Shown piece after piece: positions 45,616 through 48,629 of a DNA stretch of 48,629 bases; positions within the stretch are counted from its first letter, which is position 1, and each line of letters opens with the position of its first letter. Source of the stretch: Flavobacteriaceae bacterium (GTDB taxonomy: Bacteria > Bacteroidota > Bacteroidia > Flavobacteriales > Flavobacteriaceae). The notes beneath the pieces were generated by a model, which worked only from the letters and a program-made list of their open reading frames with translations, did no database searches and was not told the origin of the DNA. The stretch lies in the NCBI GenBank assembly GCA_018675855.1, contig JABGXI010000049.1, positions 1 through 48,629 on the forward strand. The letters are read 5' to 3'. The translations under genes and the position numbers were made by a program.

Positions 45616-46632
45616 CTATGGATATAATATGTCTTTAATTTCTCGCCATGTTACTAATTTAATGTCATTTTTAATTAGTGATTCCCTAAATTGAGGACTA
45701 GATACTACATCATAATCTAAATTTCTCCACTTTGAACCAAAATCAATTCTATTTGAAGTTATTTTTTTCATTTCATTATTATCTAAACCAAGATGAACAA
45801 TAATTTCGTTTAATCCTGGACTTAAGTTATTTAGTATTGATTCATAATATTCAGCCCAATTATCAAAAGATATATTTTTATCAGCCATGTACATTTTTAT
45901 AAAAACTAAATTTTTTGGTTGTGGAAAATCACTATTAAAATGTGGTGCTAAAAGTTTTGGAACAAATACAGGAAGTCTATTTTTTTCTGAAATATCAAGA
46001 TAAATTTTGAAAAATTCTGGTGAAAAAAATAAGACTCCTTCATGACTATCAAGATGTGTTGGTTTTATTCCAATAGATATTGCATAATCTATCTGAGCTT
46101 GTAATTCTTTCCTTATGTCCTGTGGATTAGAATTTCTGATAACTTCTTTTTTATTTTCATAAAAATTACCGTTATCATTTATTAAAGTTGATATGGAGTC
46201 TTTATGACTAATACCATGCCACTTAAAATCTTTCCATTCAGATGTAAAAGTCAAGTGAAGACCTAAATCTATATCAGAATTTTCTTTAAAATAGTCTGCC
46301 ACCTCCTCTGTATTTGGTGCAGGAATCATTACACTAGCTGAGTTTACATAACTATTGTTTAGCGCCTCAAAAGAAGCCTGATTTACAGAATTAGATAAAC
46401 CTAAATCATCAGCATGAATTATCAAAAGCTTATCATTTTTATTGTATCCTAATAATTCAGATAAATTATCAAACTGATTTATATCATTATTACTGAATAT
46501 AAAATCATATATTAATCTATAGTTATAAATAGGAACATCATTTAAATTTAAAAAAATTCTTATCCCGCCAAAAATCATTGTATTTAGAAGGATAAAAACT
46601 ATTATAACTGACAAAAAAACTTTTTTAAACAA
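45616..46632 (-). CDS. YdjC/ChbG-family deacetylase-like protein with N-terminal membrane anchor
   Basis: LIIHADDLGLS...SVMIP...DLGLHLTFTSEW...PTHLDSHE, paralogous to the 10340 gene. A TTG start at 46632 gives a TM anchor (alternative ATG at 46578). Confidence 0.7.
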   Translation of the reverse strand: MFKKVFLSVIIVFILLNTMIFGGIRIFLNLNDVPIYNYRLIYDFIFSNNDINQFDNLSELLGYNKNDKLLIIHADDLGLSNSVNQASFEALNNSYVNSASVMIPAPNTEEVADYFKENSDIDLGLHLTFTSEWKDFKWHGISHKDSISTLINDNGNFYENKKEVIRNSNPQDIRKELQAQIDYAISIGIKPTHLDSHEGVLFFSPEFFKIYLDISEKNRLPVFVPKLLAPHFNSDFPQPKNLVFIKMYMADKNISFDNWAEYYESILNNLSPGLNEIIVHLGLDNNEMKKITSNRIDFGSKWRNLDYDVVSSPQFRESLIKNDIKLVTWREIKDILYP

Positions 46633-46794
46633 TTTTCTTAGCTATTTTATAAAATAAAGAAATGCGAAAACTCAAGTAACAAAACAAAGTAGTGACTAAT
46701 GTTTTTTTGAGTTTAGATCAAATTATCCATATTATAAATTTAAAAAAAATATTTGATGAACACTTTAAAAGAAAATAGTAATTAATTTAGTTTG

Positions 46795-47034
46795 ATGAAA
46801 AAGAAGCTTCTTCCCTTTATATTAATGCTATTATTTATTAATTGTAACGATATTGATGTAATTGAACCTGAAAAACTTTGTTTAGATCAAAATCTTGTAG
46901 ATGAATTAACTGTTTGCTATGAAATTTACGCACCTGTTTGTGGTTGTGATGGAAATACATATTCAAATGATTGTATTGCGGATAGTAATGGTATCTTAAA
47001 CTATCAAGAAGGTGAATGTAATAAAACTAATTAA
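46795..47034 (+). CDS. Kazal-type (serine protease inhibitor-like) domain lipoprotein
   Basis: Lipobox (LLFINC) followed by C...C.EIYAPVCGCDGNTYSNDCIADSNG....QEGEC, matching the Kazal PVCG-DG-TY-N-C spacing. Confidence 0.65.
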   Translation: MKKKLLPFILMLLFINCNDIDVIEPEKLCLDQNLVDELTVCYEIYAPVCGCDGNTYSNDCIADSNGILNYQEGECNKTN

Positions 47035-47041
47035 AAAAAGT

Positions 47042-47134
47042 ATGGAATGGTATATAAAGAATAGATGGTGGGTATGGTCAGTAATAGGAATTTATGTTGT
47101 GTACAGAATTGTAACTAGTTTATATTATACATAA
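47042..47134 (+). CDS. possible 30-aa Trp-rich single-TM peptide
   Basis: ATG ORF MEWYIKNRWWVWSVIGIYVVYRIVTSLYYT, 7 nt after the Kazal gene stop. Its TAA directly abuts the ATG of the next gene, in the same frame. Confidence 0.35.
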   Translation: MEWYIKNRWWVWSVIGIYVVYRIVTSLYYT

Positions 47135-47416
47135 ATGCATCTGTTAAGTCCTAAAGAAATTAAAGAACAAATTTCACTAATAGACTCATGGCAGATTGAT
47201 TTGGGTCTCCTTTGTAAAGAAATTCATTTTAAAAGTTTTCGAAATGCTATTAGTTTTATAAATAAAATAGCAACTATTTCTGAAGAAAATAATCACCACC
47301 CAGTGATAACCAATAATTACTTATTAGTTACTATAAAGCTAACAACCAATGATTTTGGTGGGCTTACTCAAAGAGATTTTCATTTAGCAAAGCTAATTGA
47401 TCAAATCAGCCTATAA
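47135..47416 (+). CDS. pterin-4-alpha-carbinolamine dehydratase (PCD/DCoH) family protein
   Basis: 93 aa. W..........L.KEIHFKSFRNAISFINKIA..SEE.NHHP and GLTQRDFHLAKLID match the PCD family. Confidence 0.8.
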   Translation: MHLLSPKEIKEQISLIDSWQIDLGLLCKEIHFKSFRNAISFINKIATISEENNHHPVITNNYLLVTIKLTTNDFGGLTQRDFHLAKLIDQISL

Positions 47417-48001
47417 AGAAATTACTTGAAGGTTTTTCCAGCGTACTTTAATTCCGCCACCGTCATGAATCTGAAGTGCAATGGATCCTTTTCCTTGACC
47501 AATTTTTTCATCATTTAAAGAAATCATTTCAGTACCATTTAACCATGTATCAATTTGGTTTCCAACAACGCGAATACGCATCTGATTCCAATCACCCATC
47601 TTAAGGGCTTTGTCTTTTTCTTTCGCAGGTTTTATTAACCAGCCACGTCCATAAGATTCGTAAACACCACCAGAATTGCTTCCGGGAGGAGCAACTTCTA
47701 CCTGCCAACCACTTACTTTAGTTCCCTCGACAGTGGAACGAATAAAAACACCACTATTTCCATTTGCCTCTTGTTTAAATTCAAGAGTCAATTCAAAATC
47801 ATCATAATATTTTGTGGTAGACAAATAACCATAAGCTTTATCTGGACCACTTTCACAAACTAAAAGCCCATGATCCACATACCACAATTCAGTTCCGTGA
47901 ATATTCCAACCTTCAAGGTTTTCACCATTAAATAATGATTCCTGAGAAACAACACTCTGAGTAAAAAAAACTATAATAAAAAGTAAAAAAAATTTGTTCA
48001 T
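47411..48001 (-). CDS. DUF1080 (3-keto-disaccharide hydrolase-like, concanavalin-type) exported protein
   Basis: Signal peptide. LFNGENLEGW, GNSGVFIRS, WNQMRIRVVGNQIDTWLNG and IALQIHDGG...WKNLQV are DUF1080 hallmarks. The 3' end overlaps the PCD gene by 6 nt. Confidence 0.8.
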   Translation of the reverse strand: MNKFFLLFIIVFFTQSVVSQESLFNGENLEGWNIHGTELWYVDHGLLVCESGPDKAYGYLSTTKYYDDFELTLEFKQEANGNSGVFIRSTVEGTKVSGWQVEVAPPGSNSGGVYESYGRGWLIKPAKEKDKALKMGDWNQMRIRVVGNQIDTWLNGTEMISLNDEKIGQGKGSIALQIHDGGGIKVRWKNLQVISL

Positions 48002-48106
48002 TTGATTTTATTTTGAAAATTGAATATATATAAATTTCAGTTAAATAGATGCAATTGTTTATACATAATATTTTAAAAGTTTTGATATCTTCAGCAAAAA
48101 TTAATT

Positions 48107-48629
48107 ATGCTCTTTCGTCTATCACTAGCATTATGTTGTCTTATATATTCCATGGTTCATGGCCAAATAGATCCTGATCATATTGATATTGTAAGAGATG
48201 CTTATGGGGTGCCTCACATCTTTGCAGCTACCGATGCAGAAGTTTCTTACGGTCTAGCTTGGGCACATGCAGAAGATGACTTTAAAACCATACAACAAGG
48301 ATATCTTGCTGGAAGCAATATGCTCACCAAAAATATTGGGAATGCAGGTTTAGGAGCTGATTTTATTGCCCAATTTATTGGCTCTGAAGCATTATTTAAC
48401 GCCCGATACGAAAATGAGATTAGTGATGAATATAAAAAAGTAGTGAATGGCTATGCAGATGGAATAAATAGTTATGCAGCTTCTCACCCTGAAGAAGTTT
48501 TAATTGATGCTCTTTTTCCTATCACACCAAAAAAAATGATGCGTTATGCGCAATTGCAATTGTTTATTTCTTCTAAAGGAGATCAATGGGTTCAACGAAT
48601 CATTAACAATCAATTAGATTACAATTTTA
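48107..48629 (+). CDS. penicillin/AHL-acylase family (Ntn-hydrolase) protein, 3'-truncated by window edge
   Basis: Not in the ORF track because it has no stop. My own translation from ATG 48107 gives MLFRLSLALCCLIYSMVHGQ (signal peptide) then IVRDAYGVPHIFAATDAEVSYGLAWAHAEDDF, the characteristic N-terminal block of the penicillin acylase alpha-subunit. It remains open to the window end. Confidence 0.75.
   Translation, partial: MLFRLSLALCCLIYSMVHGQIDPDHIDIVRDAYGVPHIFAATDAEVSYGLAWAHAEDDFKTIQQGYLAGSNMLTKNIGNAGLGADFIAQFIGSEALFNARYENEISDEYKKVVNGYADGINSYAASHPEEVLIDALFPITPKKMMRYAQLQLFISSKGDQWVQRIINNQLDYNF

Noticed and set aside
46668-46714. 8-bp inverted repeat AAACTCAA...TTGAGTTT separated by 31 nt between the ydjC-like and Kazal-like genes
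   Set aside because: An 8-bp A/T-rich inverted repeat is expected by chance in this composition. There is no second copy or flanking evidence for an operator.
1-48629. Search for tRNA/rRNA/tmRNA, CRISPR repeats, tandem repeats, IS elements, integrases, phage or defence genes
   Set aside because: No structured GC-rich RNA-like segments occur in any spacer. No direct repeat arrays are visible. No ORF shows transposase, integrase, nuclease-helicase or restriction-like motifs.

Overview
AT-rich, very gene-dense bacterial chromosomal segment. Protein families, frequent lipobox signal peptides and recurring TAnnTTTG -7 promoter boxes point to a marine Flavobacteriia-type Bacteroidota genome with a streamlined architecture. 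I support about 55 CDS. Bases 1-38.9 kb are mostly housekeeping: parC/parE, SulP permease, ychF, serC/serA, folE, msrA, LolD-like ATPase, an Nramp-pxpABC 5-oxoprolinase operon, a DHOase-like protein, bcp, nth, a sigma-70-family factor, uvrA, a flippase/YfhO envelope pair, and mnmE. Bases 38.9-48.6 kb look accessory and encode mainly exported or lipid-anchored proteins: sulfatase, two NTF2-like lipoproteins, a signal-peptide methyltransferase, a Met/His/Trp-rich lipoprotein, a YdjC-like deacetylase, a Kazal-like lipoprotein, DUF1080 and a penicillin-acylase-family protein. I found no rRNA, tRNA, CRISPR array, transposase, integrase or recognisable defence genes. I also found no convincing multi-gene novel system. 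The most checkable oddities are: (1) a G10 homopolymer in frame inside the YfhO-family gene, a candidate phase-variation switch; (2) a multiply frameshifted YhhN-family pseudogene filling the only large ORF-free gap; (3) a compact Kazal-lipoprotein / 30-aa Trp-rich membrane peptide / PCD unit; (4) a cysteine-free endonuclease III homolog and a dihydroorotase-like protein that has lost its metal ligands; (5) convergent paralogous NTF2-like lipoproteins and other exported proteins of unknown role. All functional calls rest on motif recognition by eye. No database search was run.
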